Source: Felis catus (lineage: Eukaryota). From it: a stretch of DNA of 64,000 nucleotides. The DNA lies in contig NC_058368.1 of the NCBI RefSeq assembly GCF_018350175.1, positions 165,356,001 to 165,420,000 of the forward strand, written 5' to 3'. A program made the position numbers and the translations under genes. Below are positions 1-12,895 of this stretch, one piece after another; the first letter of the stretch is position 1; each line of letters opens with the position of its first letter. Below the pieces are notes generated by a model that was given only the letters and a program-made list of their open reading frames with translations, was not told where the DNA came from and made no database searches.

Positions 1-3000
1 TGATGACAAAGCTAATAGTACTATCTTCAACACCAAAGACGTTATATTTGATTAGAAAAGTTAATTATATGCATATAAAGAGCTGAGATGCTAACAGCTA
101 ATTACTCATAAAGGGAAATTAAATCTAATTTTCTAAGTGACAGTTGCTATCTGACAATAGTTTTATTAAACAGAACAAATTCCAATTTACTACAGTGGAA
201 ACTCTAAAATTTTATGGGGCACAATCAGATGTATATAAATTAGGTTAAAAGCCAAGGAGTAGAGAAGAGGGTTGCAGCAAGTCAGCACAATTTTGCCATC
301 GAATATTTTTTGTTTTCGTTTTCACTGTTAATTATTAGCAGCTAAACTAAACTGTAATGATACACTGCAAAAACCCTCGGGATCTGATTCTTCATCTGTT
401 TGCCTAGAGTATTACGTGGAACTAAAGTGAGAAACTTGCCTGGGATATTATTGAAGGCTTCTGCACAATGAGAGCTTCTTCATACTGCTGACCTTATCCA
501 CTTGTTATTTTATCTTCACTACTGACTCAGAACTTCTCTATTTGTCTTATAATGAAACTGCCTTAAAAATGTTCTGAAAAGTACACTCTTAATTAGGAAA
601 ACATTGCTGCAATTCTGCCAAAGGATGAAACAAAAAGAGAACAGTAAGAATGAAAGCATGAAGGAAAAAGAAATATTGTTTTGAGGATTCCTCAATTGTT
701 TTAAATACTTAGATGTGAAAGTTTTGAACCAAACAGCTCCACTCAGAGTAATTGTCTCAGTGAAGACATGATCTCCTGGCAAAAGACATTACTAAGCAAG
801 ATGGCAGGAAGACTACGCTGAATCTGTAATGCTAGCATATTAAAGAGTTGTTCCATTATTGAAATATTGGTGTCACATGCGTTTTTGGAAGATAATTCCC
901 TTTCCTTTTGTTTAGAGCAAGTATGTCCATTAGCAGCTAAACAGCGGGCCAAAGACTAGCCATTGTCTTTGTTCCAGTTATCCAGTTGCAGATGGCCTAT
1001 TGATAGTACCCATTCAATTTTGTCCTAAGGCATTTCACAGTGATCCGCACACATAGCCACATAGACAAAAATAACTGTATTTAAAAATAAATCCTAAAGG
1101 TAGTCCTACATTACTACAATTTGTTACAAAGTTGTAGCAAACAAAATACACATGTTCTTGACTCTCATTTTATGAAGACTCTGACAATTGAGTTCACCTG
1201 GCATTGTATAGTAAAAGTTTTGGTGGGAAAAAAACCCAAAGCAATAAATAAATAAATAAATAAAGTGAAATGAAGACATAAATTATTCCAGATTGATAAA
1301 CATGGCTGTTTATCAAATGGAAGCCACTACACTCAAATATGGTGCACACATCTGAACTGTAGCACCTTTACAACACGCATGGAGAGTATTGGTTTTATCT
1401 GGGAAATGAATTTTAACTTAGCTATGAATTAACTTTAAATTTTCCAGTGAGCAAACAAAACACACTCTCTATTAAACAATATGATCATTTATGATCAGAT
1501 TTATAAGGGTAATTCTATAGGTATGTTTTAAGTGTTTTCATTTGTAGCATCATCAAAGAGGCTTTGTTAAATAATTTCTGTTGTGGCTTTGAAATATATA
1601 GGAAAAGTATTCTTGATTGAATTTCTCTTTTTTAACATCCATACTATAATAGGAGGATATAAGAAAGTGCATAACAATTTTTAGAGAAAACATGAAAATC
1701 AAGATTTAAAACAACTCTTACCCAACTTGTCAAATTTTCTTTCACCCATTGATTATTATACATATACTTTCCCATGCAAACAGAGCAAAGTTTAAAACAA
1801 CCAATAACTGGAACTTCTGATATTTTCTCCAAAAGATTACCCAACAAAGCATTTACCTTAAAGCACTTTTATGAAATATCTATAACATATTGCCTTTCAT
1901 GGAATCAAACAATATTTTGATAAGTTAAACTGAACTCTGAGTTTATTTACTTGTTGCTAGAAATATTTTATGTTTTCCAATTATAATTTTACACAAGTGA
2001 ATGTTTTTCTCAGTGTTAAGTGAACCCCATCTCCCCCAAAAGTCACTCTTCTGATTCTAATGAACTGCACATAACCTATATAAAGGCAACAAATGACTTT
2101 CCAAGACCAAACTTCTAGCTCTATAAATCTCTAAGATTCAAATTACTAGACATAATAAGCCTGGCTAAAATTCCAACAGGAGAATTTTTACTACAAATTA
2201 CCAGCAACTAGGCAAATGGAAATGAATCAAAGAAGTTCACATGTTTCACAGTGTTTCCAGGAACATGTCTTTGGATTTATACTCAGCTCAAAGCCTAGTA
2301 AATGCTTTTCAGAACTGTCATCATGGTACCAAGAAAGAGTACTGCCTCAATGTTTCTCACGTTCCATGATCTGAACTGCTTCATACTCCCTCCTACCATA
2401 ATTCTGTACAAGTAGAAACGTCTTCACAATCTATCCTGTTCTTCACAATCACTCTATTCTCCTCTACCAAACACATCTTTGAGAGGACGAAATACATGTT
2501 GACATTTTCAGAACACAGTCATTTTAGAGAGCAAGTACTTTTAAATCAGTTAAAAGAATAAGGATAAAGAAATGTGTACTGGTACTTTTTTTTTTATACA
2601 ATTTCCTACATAATTTCTTTTACTGGAGCTCTTTGTTTTTTCTCGTGGATTTGAATAATGTCCGGGTGCTGCCTTTCAGCTTGAATAATTTCTTTAGTAT
2701 TTCTTGTAAGACAGGTCTCCCACCAAAGGAATCTTAGTTTGGTTTATATAGGAATATTTGCATGGCTTTTTCTCAAAAGATAGCTTTGCTGAATATAGGA
2801 TTCTTGGTTATTTCTTCCAACACTTTGAATACATCACCCCACTGTCTTCTGGCCTCCATTGTTTCAGATGAAAAGTACTTTTTTTCATTTTTTTTTCCGG
2901 TTCGCTCATATGTGCTGAGTCATTTTCCTCTGCTATCTTCAAAATTTTATTTTTGTATTTCAGTATTTTGTTGATGATGTATCTGGATTTGAGTCATTTT

Positions 3001-3518
3001 GTGTTTATGCTTCTTGACTTTCATGAGCTTCTCAGATGTGTAAACTAATGGTTTTCATCAAGGTTAGTACATTTTAAGCCACATTTCTTGACATTTTTCT
3101 TCTCTCTTCTGATACTCCCTTTTGATACATCCCATTACATATATGTTGATATTCTTAGTGGTATTCCACATTTCTGGGAAGACTGTTTACTTTCCTCATG
3201 CTTTTTTCTCGCATAGAATATACCATCTGGACTGACCTACTTTCATGTCAAATCTGTTCTGCAACTCAAATACACCTTTCAGCCCTTTTTAGTGAAATTT
3301 TCATTTGGTTATTATAGTTTCCACCTCCAGAATTGCCTTTGAAAAATTCTGTGTCTTTATTTGCAGTCCCTACTGATTAGCCATTATATTTATATCTTCC
3401 TTTATTTTTTTTTAAAAAGTGATTTTATTTCTTTGAACATATTTATACTAGATGCTTTGAAGTTTTGTTCTTCCAGGTCTAGCATCAGGATGAAAACCCC
3501 CCAAATTAATTTCCATTG

Positions 3519-3739
3519 TTTTTTTTTATTAAAAATTTTTTAATGTTTATTTATTCTTGAGAGAGAGAGACAGAGCATGAGTGAGGGAGGGGCAGAGAGA
3601 GAGGGAGACACAGAATCCGAAGCAGGCTCCAGGCTCTGAGCTGTCAGCACAGAGCCCAACATGGTGCTTGAACTCAGCTGTGAGATCATGACCTGAGATG
3701 AAGTCGGACACTTAACTGACTGAGCCACCCATGTGCCCC
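3519..3739 (-). mobile_element. SINEC (CanSINE, tRNA-derived)
   Basis: Antisense head (gagccacccatgtgcccc), (GA)n tract, T-tail; flanking tccattg repeat. Confidence 0.95.
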
Positions 3740-3849
3740 TCCATTGCCTTTTTTTTCTATGTATGTGTCAAATTTTCCAGCTTGTGTGTCTCATAACTTT
3801 TGTAAAAAATTTGACATTTAAAAAAGGAAAAGAAAAAAAGGAAAAAAAT

Positions 3850-4043
3850 GGGGCACCTGGGTGGCTCAGTCAGTTGAGTGTCTGACTTTGGCCCAGGTCA
3901 TGATCCCACACTTTGTGGGTTCGAGTCCTGCGTCAGGCTCTGTGCTGACAGGCTCAGATCCTGGAGCCTGCTTTGGATTCTGCTTCTGCCTCTCTCTGCC
4001 CCTCCCCCGCTCTATCTCCCAAAAATAAATGTTAAAAAAAAAA
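3850..4043 (+). mobile_element. SINEC
   Basis: ggggcacctgggtggctcagtcagttgag head, B-box ggttcgagtc, CT tract, A-tail. Confidence 0.95.
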
Positions 4044-4857
4044 CTTTGACATTTTAGATATATAATGTAACATCTCTGGACCTGAAATCACACTCCTCTT
4101 TTCTTGGAGCTTGTTTTTCTTTGGTCTTTATTGACTAACTTGTTTAGACAAATTCTTTGAAGTCTATTTCTTCCACACTGTGCAGCCTTTAAAAGGGCTC
4201 TGCTTAGAATTTACTTCTTTATTTTTATTCTAGTCTGGCTTCCCAGGGTCTACATAAACTACTTATTAATCAAAGGCTGTGCTTAAACCACCATAGGCAA
4301 TTGCATTTTTACCCTTTACATAATTGTATGTATGTGTGCTGTTAGTTCATGGAGTTTACAATTTTTTTCTTATGTTCACTCAGACACTAGCAGTTCAGGG
4401 ATTACCTCTCCACATATTCCAAGAATGTGCAGTCTTGAGCATGTGAACACTCTTCCAGACTACCAGGAATTTGTGTGATTTTATTTTTAATCCTGGACTC
4501 CTAGGATTTGTCCTGAGTCAGAGTCATCTATTGTTTAGCCAGTATTTGTTGAGAGGTTGCTAAGTATGTAAGCCCCTTGAACCTCTGCACTTTGCTGTTC
4601 CAACTGTGAGTGGCATGAGAAATACTTCACAGTCTTCCTATTGTGGGAAATACGATTGCTCCTGAGTGGGTACGGTATAGCTAATATATACAACCTGCCA
4701 GAATCCTAGGGAATAGTGTGATACCAGAAAGGTATCTTACTGCCTTCCTCTTCCATCTCATTCTCTCTCGCAATTCTGCCATTTTGCTTGATGTTACATC
4801 ATTAACAAGAGCAGTTATTAATAATAGCTAATAACTGCTATTGTTGATACCAGTGAC

Positions 4858-5067
4858 TTTTTAAAAAACATTTTAATGTTTCTTCAGTTTTGAGAGACAG
4901 AGAAAAGCAGGGGTGGGGCAGAGAGAGGGGGACACAGAATCTGAAGCAGGCTACAAGCTCCGAGCTGTCAGCACAGAGGCTGAACGCGGGGCTGGAACCC
5001 ACGAACTGTGAGATCATGACCCAAGCTGAAGTCAGACACTCAACTGACCGAGCCACCCAGGCACCTC
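4858..5067 (-). mobile_element. SINEC
   Basis: Antisense SINEC body; imperfect TSD tgttgataccagtgact / tgctaataccagttact. Confidence 0.95.
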
Positions 5068-5161
5068 TGCTAATACCAGTTACTCTTAATTGCTCCCCAA
5101 GATATTCTTTGTTTTTGAAAACATCATTAGGCATAGACTTCTTCAGACTCTATTCCAAATA

Positions 5162-8100
5162 TAGGCATATCTCGTTTTATTATGCTTTACTTCATTGTAC
5201 TTCACAGATACTGCATTTTATAAATTGAAGGTTTGTGGCAACCTTGTGTCAAGCAAGTCTATCAGAATCATGTTTCCACAGTATTTGTTCACTTTGTGCC
5301 TCTGTCTCACATCTTGGTTATTCTTACAATATTTCCATTTTTCACTACCATTATATTTTTCATGGTGATCTACAATCAGTTATCTTTGATGTAACTATTT
5401 TAATTGTTATGGGGTGCCATGAACTATCCACATAGACAATTTAATCGATTTAATTAAATTGGATGTATTTTACATGATGGCAAATTCAATTGATAAAAGT
5501 CGTACATGTTCTAACTCTTCCACCAACCTGCCATTCCTCCATTTCTCTCCATTCCCTCAGGCCTCTCTATTCCTGGACACATAACGGTATTGAAATTATG
5601 CCAATTAATAACTCTAGAAGGGCCTGTGAGTGTTCAAGTAAAGGGAAGAGTTACAGGTCTCTCACTTTAAACCAAAGCTGGAAATGATTAACCTAAAAGA
5701 CACAGTGGAGTTCAGTGCCAGTAATTAAGAGGTTGACACCCTAAAGTTCTCACTTGACACAACACCACATTTGCCTTTATGCTAGACTGTAAAAACTCTT
5801 CACAATGCATAAAACATGTTTCTCCCTATATATGTTAAAACTTTCCCAACATTTGTACTTGTATGTTGTCATTTAGTGATGCTTAAACCAGAATTTGGTT
5901 AAAAATATATAGAGAGATACATGTGTAACAGTTTGGCATTTATCTTACACACATAGAGAAGAATTATAAATGGGTTTTCCTGGGCTGAAACACCCCTCAC
6001 CAGAGGTCAGTACGATCCACTACTTTATGTTTCCTGACATGGATTATGTATAGTCTGTGTTGCCTGTAAGCTCTGTATTATAAACCACATTATAGACAAC
6101 TGTTAGCCTCTATGTGTTGAGGAGTATGTATTTCTGTATGTGATTTTTGTCTTGAAAGTAGTAAAGCTATAGACAGGTGCAGAGGAAATATCAAATTTAT
6201 AAATATTAGCTATGTAATGTAAAAATCAACCATGTATGTAAAAACACTTTGCCAATCTGGACTTTTCAGGGAATTGATGAAAGAAATTTGAAACAAAGAT
6301 TTTAGTGAGCTGATAGAGGATAAATACAAAGGATATCAATAAACGTAGTTACGGATCTTAAAAAAAAAATCATTAACCTTAGTGCAGAAGGCATGTTCAA
6401 AGCTGAAAGAGGCTGAAATCTAGGCCTCTGATACCAAACAGCCAAGTTGTAAATGCAAATGCAAAGTTCTTAAAGGAAATTAAGAAAGCAAAATAGCCTT
6501 ATTGCTGAAAGGGAGGAAGTTTGAGAGGTCTGGATAGAAGATCAATTCAGCCACATGTCCCTTTAAACCAAATCTTAATCCAAAGCAAGGCCCTAACTCT
6601 CCTAAAATCTATGAAGCCTGAGAGAGGTGAGGAGTATGTAGAAGGAAAGCTCTAAGCTTGCAGAAGTTGACTCATAAGGTTTAAGGAAAGAAGCCATCTC
6701 CATAACATAAAAGTACAAGGTGAAGCAGCAAGTGCTGATGTAGAAGCTGCAGCAAAGTTATATAGAAAATCTAGCTAAAGTAACTCATGAAGGTGGGTAC
6801 ACTAAACAGATTTTCAATATATACACAACAGCCTTAATTGGAATATGATGCCATGTAGGACTTTCATAGCTGGATAGAAGAAGTCAATATCTGGCTTCAA
6901 AGTTTCAAAGGACAGTGTGACTCTCGTTACAGCTTCATGCAGCTGGTGCCTTTAAGTTGAGGCCAGTGTTCATTTGCCATTGTAAAAATCCTATGGCCCT
7001 TAATAATTATGCTAAATCTACTTTGCTTGTGTTCTATAAATGGAGCAACAAAGTCTGGGTGACAGCACATCTGTTTACAAAATGGTTTACTAAATACTTA
7101 AAAGCCATTGTTGAGATCTAATGCTCAAAAAACCAAAAGATGCCTTTCAAAATATTACTGCTCATTGACAAAGCACCTGGTCATCCAAGGGTTCTGATGG
7201 AAAGGTACAATGAAATTAATGTTGTTTTCATGCCTGTTAATACATCCATTCTGCATCAAGGAGTGATTTCTATTTTCACTTCTTACTAGTGAAGAAATAC
7301 ATTTTATAATGCTAAACCTGCCATAGATAGGAATTTCTCTGATGGATATGGGCAAAATTAACTGAAAATCTTCTGAAAGGATTTTTAGGTTCTGCCTCTT
7401 CTCTGTTCATTCAGAGCATTCATAATTGATGGGAAGAGGTCAAAATATCTATACAAACAGAAGTTTGGAAGAAGTTGATTCCAACCCCCATGGATGACTT
7501 GGAGGAGTTCAGAACCTCAGTGGAGGAAATAACTGTAGATGTGCCAAAGTAGGAGAACTAGAATTAAAAGTGGAGCCTGAAAATGTGACCGAATTAATTG
7601 CTACAGTCTTGAAATAAAACTTCAACACATGAGGAGTTGTTTCTTATGGATAAGCAAAAAAAGGGCCCTTCTGAAATGGAATCTCCTCCTGGTAAAGATG
7701 CTGGGAAGATTGTTGAAATGATCACAAAGGATGTAAAATATTACGTAAATTTAGTTGATAAGCAAAAGCAGGGTTTGAGGGGACTGACTCCAATTTGGAA
7801 CAACTTTTACTGTGAGTAAAATGTTATCAAACGTCATCACATGCTACAAAAATATCATCCATGAAAGGAAGAGGCAATCGATGAGGCTAACTTCATTGTG
7901 TTGTTTTAAGAAACTGCCATGGCCACCCCAACCCTCATCAACCACCACCCTGTTCAGTTAGCAGCCATCAACACTGAGGCAAGACACTCTACCAACATAA
8001 AAATTATGACTCACTGAAAGCTCAGTTGATGGTTAGCATTTTTAACAATAAATTATTTTTTAATTAAAGTATGGACATTTTTAACATAATCCTACTGTAC

Positions 8101-8237
8101 ACTTAATAGACTACAGTATAGCGTAAACATAACTTTTATATGCACTGGGAAACCAACAAAGTAATTCAATTCTTAGCAATCTTTGCTTTATTGCAGTGGT
8201 CTGGAACTGAACCCACAGTACCTCTGAGGTATGTCTG
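5162..8237 (+). mobile_element. Tigger1 (TcMar/pogo) DNA transposon, near full length, dead transposase
   Basis: Terminal inverted repeats taggcatatctcg (5162) and gaggtatgtctg (to 8237), TA at 5160-5161. Body matches remembered Tigger1 consensus (aaattgaaggtttgtggcaacc; gaagccatctccataacataaaagtacaaggtgaagcagcaagtgctgatgtagaagctgcagc; ctgctcattgacaaagcacctggtcatccaag). Many stops and indels. Confidence 0.93.
5695..6366 (+). pseudogene. 5'-truncated retroposed copy of an unidentified transcript 3' end, inserted in Tigger1
   Basis: Non-Tigger 670-bp insert ending AATAAA (6338-6343), 16 nt, then an A-run (6360-6369). Flanked by 13-bp TSD aaatgattaacct (5682-5694) / aaatcattaacct (6367-6379). 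Tigger1 resumes directly afterwards. Confidence 0.8.
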
Positions 8238-10789
8238 GGTATGTATTTTCTATAACAAAAGCTTAGAAGTAGGCAGTTCCAGAGTTTTTCCCAATAACTC
8301 AATATCATTATGTCACTACAATTACACTTACAATTGTTTTATCACCTTTTTTCCCATGGTGGGTAAAATATAGTCACTTTGGGCCCATTACCACATCCTT
8401 ATTCTAGCACATAAAGCAACAGAGAAGAGGCAGAATCTAAAATCTTCCTCATTGTGAGGTATTTTCTTTATAAGGCACCAATTCAGCAGAATTTACTATC
8501 TATTTCATTGGCTAAAAGGTGCCAAAAAGATATAGTGCACATACCCTTCTTATTTTGAAATTAGATCATATACTAAGATGGAGTATCCAAGTAACTCCTG
8601 GATTTGACCTGGAAATCCTGAATAATATCTTTTTGGCAGTGTGAATAAACATTCTTGAATTAAGAATAATAAAATTGGCCTCTCTTGCAATCTAGAATAT
8701 TTTTAAATTGTGACACCGATGGATATATTAACAAATAAATAATATAAATACTAAATATAATGCAGTAAGGAAAGATAAGATGTTCATAGGCAAAAAGCTA
8801 AAGAATAGCTTTGCTGATAGATCTGTTTGGTTTATTTATAAATTAGGCAATGAAACAGTCATTTTATTAGCTAAACATCATCACTTGTAAGTAGTACATG
8901 GTTGTGTGCCTTGATTATCAAATGTTATTAGATCGTTAAAGATAAAATTATGCATATATCTGTAATTTATGCAGAACAAATACCAAAATAAATCTATAAT
9001 GAATGTTTACATCATCATATTTGATTTATTTAATATACACTTAAAATGAAAGCATTTTAATTGCTTCTTCAAGCAGATTAGCTCTTCAAACAAACTAAAT
9101 GGAAGAAGTCTTAAGATTATATTTATACATACATTTTTTTGTATGTTAGACACTTCTTCTAAGAAATTTCTTGTGTAATATTTTCAGCCATGCCAAAGCA
9201 ACAAAATCATTTGTTACTAAACATAAAGCTTCTAACCTAAGTTCCTGCACAATTTTACTCTATGCATTACAAAAATAGCTATCAGCAGCACTTTTAATCC
9301 AAATGTGTTTCACTTCAGAATACATGTTGTTTCTGCACCATAATACAGAGAACAGTTTAGATTGGCATCAAATTAAAATGGAAATCCTGAGATAAAGACT
9401 ATTATTATTACCCTATAAAAACTGATGGGAATTGATGAGATCATAATGATTCAGTTAGTTTATTCATACAATAAATATATGTGGCATAAGTGGGTAGTGT
9501 GGTACATTAAACATAAATAATTCATCTTCTAAAATACATAATTTTTACCATAATATATGGTTGTGGATGAGATTGCATCATTTCTGATAGAAACTAATGA
9601 ATAGGAATTCTCTACCTTTCCTGAAAATACTTATTTCCACATTTCACTGAAAAATGTTGATGATAAATCACACCATTTCTAAAATGCTAGTAGGTTTTTC
9701 TTAACCGTTTTCAAGATGTGATTTTAAAACCAACTTAAATCTGCTTAGAGGTAGCTGAAGTTTGATTTTTTGATAACCTAAGGACTTGGCCCTCCATATT
9801 GTCTCTGCCTGAAACAAAATTATAGAAGAAATTCATGTTGCTTTACAAAAATCTCAGATACTGGAGATGACCAAGATAGTTCCCAGATTTTGTGAAATTT
9901 GCAATCCTGGTGATCTCTCTTAAAATTTTAAGCCTCTGCTGAAGTTTATAGTTCTGTTTAAAGCTGTATTTTCACTTCTATTTTTCTCTGCATATCCAAA
10001 TCCTAACTATCTTAAGACCAAACCCATCCCTGGTGGATGAGTCTACAATGACATATCATTTTTTTAAATTTCTACATGACCTATTTTCCCTTCCATGTAT
10101 TTGATATTTGCTGATTCACATATCCTAAGGGAATGTTTCATGGCCAAAAGATCCTGAGGGAAAACACTGAGAGAGCAGAAATTATTTCTGTTATTACCAG
10201 GATTCATTTATCCTCAAAGGACAGATTAGGTCACATCCCAATTTAAGAAATAAAGAAAAAGATCTCGAAAAAGGTAATGAAAGATATTTCACTGTGATTT
10301 TCCTTTATAATGGTTGAGTCAAGCTTTTCTCATTCAGATTTATAGTAGCAAATGATCACTTAACCTAATGAAAAAATGCCTATGCCTATATTATGTCTGA
10401 ATTTTCTTTCTGAATGGTCCATAACAAAACATTAAGAGAAAGTGAAGCAGGGAATATAATGGTGACACAATTGGAGAGCATGCAATGAAACCTTTTGATC
10501 CATGAAGAAAATAAAATAAACCTTTTTAATTACATCTCCCACCCAAATCCATAAAAATCAAAAATACTATATGATAACTTCTGGGTTCAAGGTGAAAAGT
10601 CAATGTATTTCTTCCATGTTAAGAGACTACAATGCACAAGTTTCCCCCCTGACCCCCATCTTTGACCATGAATATCATAAACTATTATACCAGACAACAA
10701 GCTCACATAGTTAACATTGTCCATCTAGTGTTTGGGGCCATTCCAAACAGGTTGGACTGTTTGAATCACATTCAGTTGATATAAATAGA

Positions 10790-11450
10790 TTAAGTAAATT
10801 ATTTTTTAAATAAAATATACACTTACAAAAGTACATAAATCATGAATGTACAGCTTAATAAATTTTTACCAACTTAACATATCCATCTACCTAGTAAGCA
10901 GATCAAAAAATTAATATTAGCATTACATCTGAAGCTCCCCACATACTAACTCCAATAATTTACAATCTAATGAGACAGAAAAACTTAACTATAAAATTAT
11001 CAAAAAATTGTTGTAGATAATTTATAAAATTCTACAAATTTCATTTTTTATGATGCTGTAGGTTATAGTATGTATAATGCAAATAGACTACATATACTAT
11101 ACAATATATATATTTTACATAATATAGATATGCTATATGTAATACCACATGTTACATAACATATACGTGTTCTATAACATATTTATTTTAAATTTGTGAT
11201 ACTTTTATAGTTAAGTTTTTTTAATTTGTTCATTAGATTTTTCACTTGTTTCATTAGATTTGTATTATTGATAGAAATTTTATTATTCATTGTTACATTT
11301 CCACAGGGAAGTAGTAACTGTGCTTTGTAGAAAATAATCAATGGTTATTGGCTTTTTACTTTTTCAATGAAATGCTCTGTAGCATTTTTACTTTGGGGAT
11401 TGACTAAATTTTTACATGCTTTGTACTGCATTTAATATATTGCTGATGAA
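10790..11450 (-). mobile_element. Old L1M 3'-end fragment
   Basis: tacaaaagtacataaatcatgaatgtacagcttaataaatttttaccaa resembles an antisense L1MD/ME 3' terminus. Confidence 0.5.
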
Positions 11451-12699
11451 AAATGGTTTGTGAATTAATTTTATTTAATTTCAGGTTTTGAAAAACTATG
11501 ATCTCCATCTAATATAATTTTTCTTTATTATCACTTATGACTGCAGGTCAAAGTATGGCATATTGATAGTCTGTCTTTACAAATTGTTAAATTTTCAGCT
11601 CTATGTTATTTGTAGTATTAGTATTGAACATTTAAGGAAACTTCAATTTCCAAAACTCATTTCAAAAGCTTTATGAAGTCTCTCAAATAATGCAATCTCT
11701 AGAAAAAACAACCAAGCAAATCATCCCTGGTAATTTCTTTATGGTCAAACAGGATAAAAAAATTATGTTTAAAGTTATCTGAAGTGAAACTTAAAAAAAT
11801 AAAACAATCACTTTAGTGGGAACCTATTTAAAATGATTATTAAAAATCAAAATACACACTTCACTCAAACTTAATTACAATTCTTGTATTGTTCTCCCTT
11901 AATACACTATGTTATGAAGCTTTCAACTAATTTTAATTTGCAATATATGTTATTATTTCAATAGATCTTATTTAAAATAATTACAATATTTATGGAAAAT
12001 AAACTTATAAGACCACAAAGTTAAACCACAAAAGACTGCAGAATATATCTCCAAAGAAAACATTCCCTCCCTCAGTTTTTATTTAATTTTAGTTTTCTGA
12101 GATATCAAACATTCTTATCCAAATTTAGTTATATTTTGCATACTTTTTATTTGCTATATGCAAAAGCCATCATATACCTACTCATTTTATATTCTTTAAA
12201 ATGATGTATGATCACATGCATTACTCGCATTCCACCATAAATTGTTAAAATTTTAAAAGGCACAGTTAAGGAACCAATAAAAATGTACATACAAATGAAA
12301 ACAAATACAAGTAAGTTACGGGATCAGGAAGGCAGAAAGTGGGAGCAACAAGGATACATACAGTATTATACATAACAATATCAGTATAATACATAACAGT
12401 ATTAGAAATAACTCAAAACATAACTAAAATGTGAATGGATTAAATGAAATGAATTAAATTAGAAAGTAAAAATAAAACTATAAAGGGAGATATTCTATAT
12501 ATTTATAAGTAAAGACATAAGCCTAAATGAACCATGTATTATAGAGAAAAACATAAGGCAAATTTTAACATTTAGAGATGACAAAGCAACAAAAGTATAT
12601 GTCAAAATTTGTGAGACACAATTGATGTTATTGTTATAGGGAATTTTTTACTCTATTATTCCAGAAGGTGGAGACAAAACCCAGAAGCAGCACTGATGC

Positions 12700-12895
12700 A
12701 AACATAAGGCGCTACAACAAAATGAACATGCAACCTATTAAAGGGAAGAAGAATTTTGCAAATGTTATATCTGATAAGGGGTAATATTCAAAACAGAGGA
12801 ATAGCTCATAGAAGTCAACACCAAAAATCCCCAAAATAATCTAATTCAAAAGGAACAGAGAACTTAAACATTTTTCCAAAGAACACATACAACTT
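12700..12895 (+). mobile_element. Short L1 ORF2 3' fragment
   Basis: gcaacctattaaagggaagaagaattttgcaaatgttatatctgataagggg...tttttccaaagaacacatac. Confidence 0.65.

Larger units (their letters stand above)
2585..5160 (-). mobile_element. Old L1M 5'/ORF1 fragment, interrupted by three SINEs
   Basis: T-rich antisense L1 ORF1 signatures (gatagctttgctgaatataggattcttggtt; cactgtcttctggcctccattgtttcagatgaaaag). Boundaries approximate. Confidence 0.65.

Noticed and set aside
3850..3935. tRNA gene suggested by A/B-box-like motifs
   Set aside because: This is the tRNA-derived SINEC head, followed by the CT tract and A-tail.
5620..7820. Domesticated Tigger-derived (TIGD1-like) gene
   Set aside because: The transposase frame has many stops, deletions and a 670-bp insertion.
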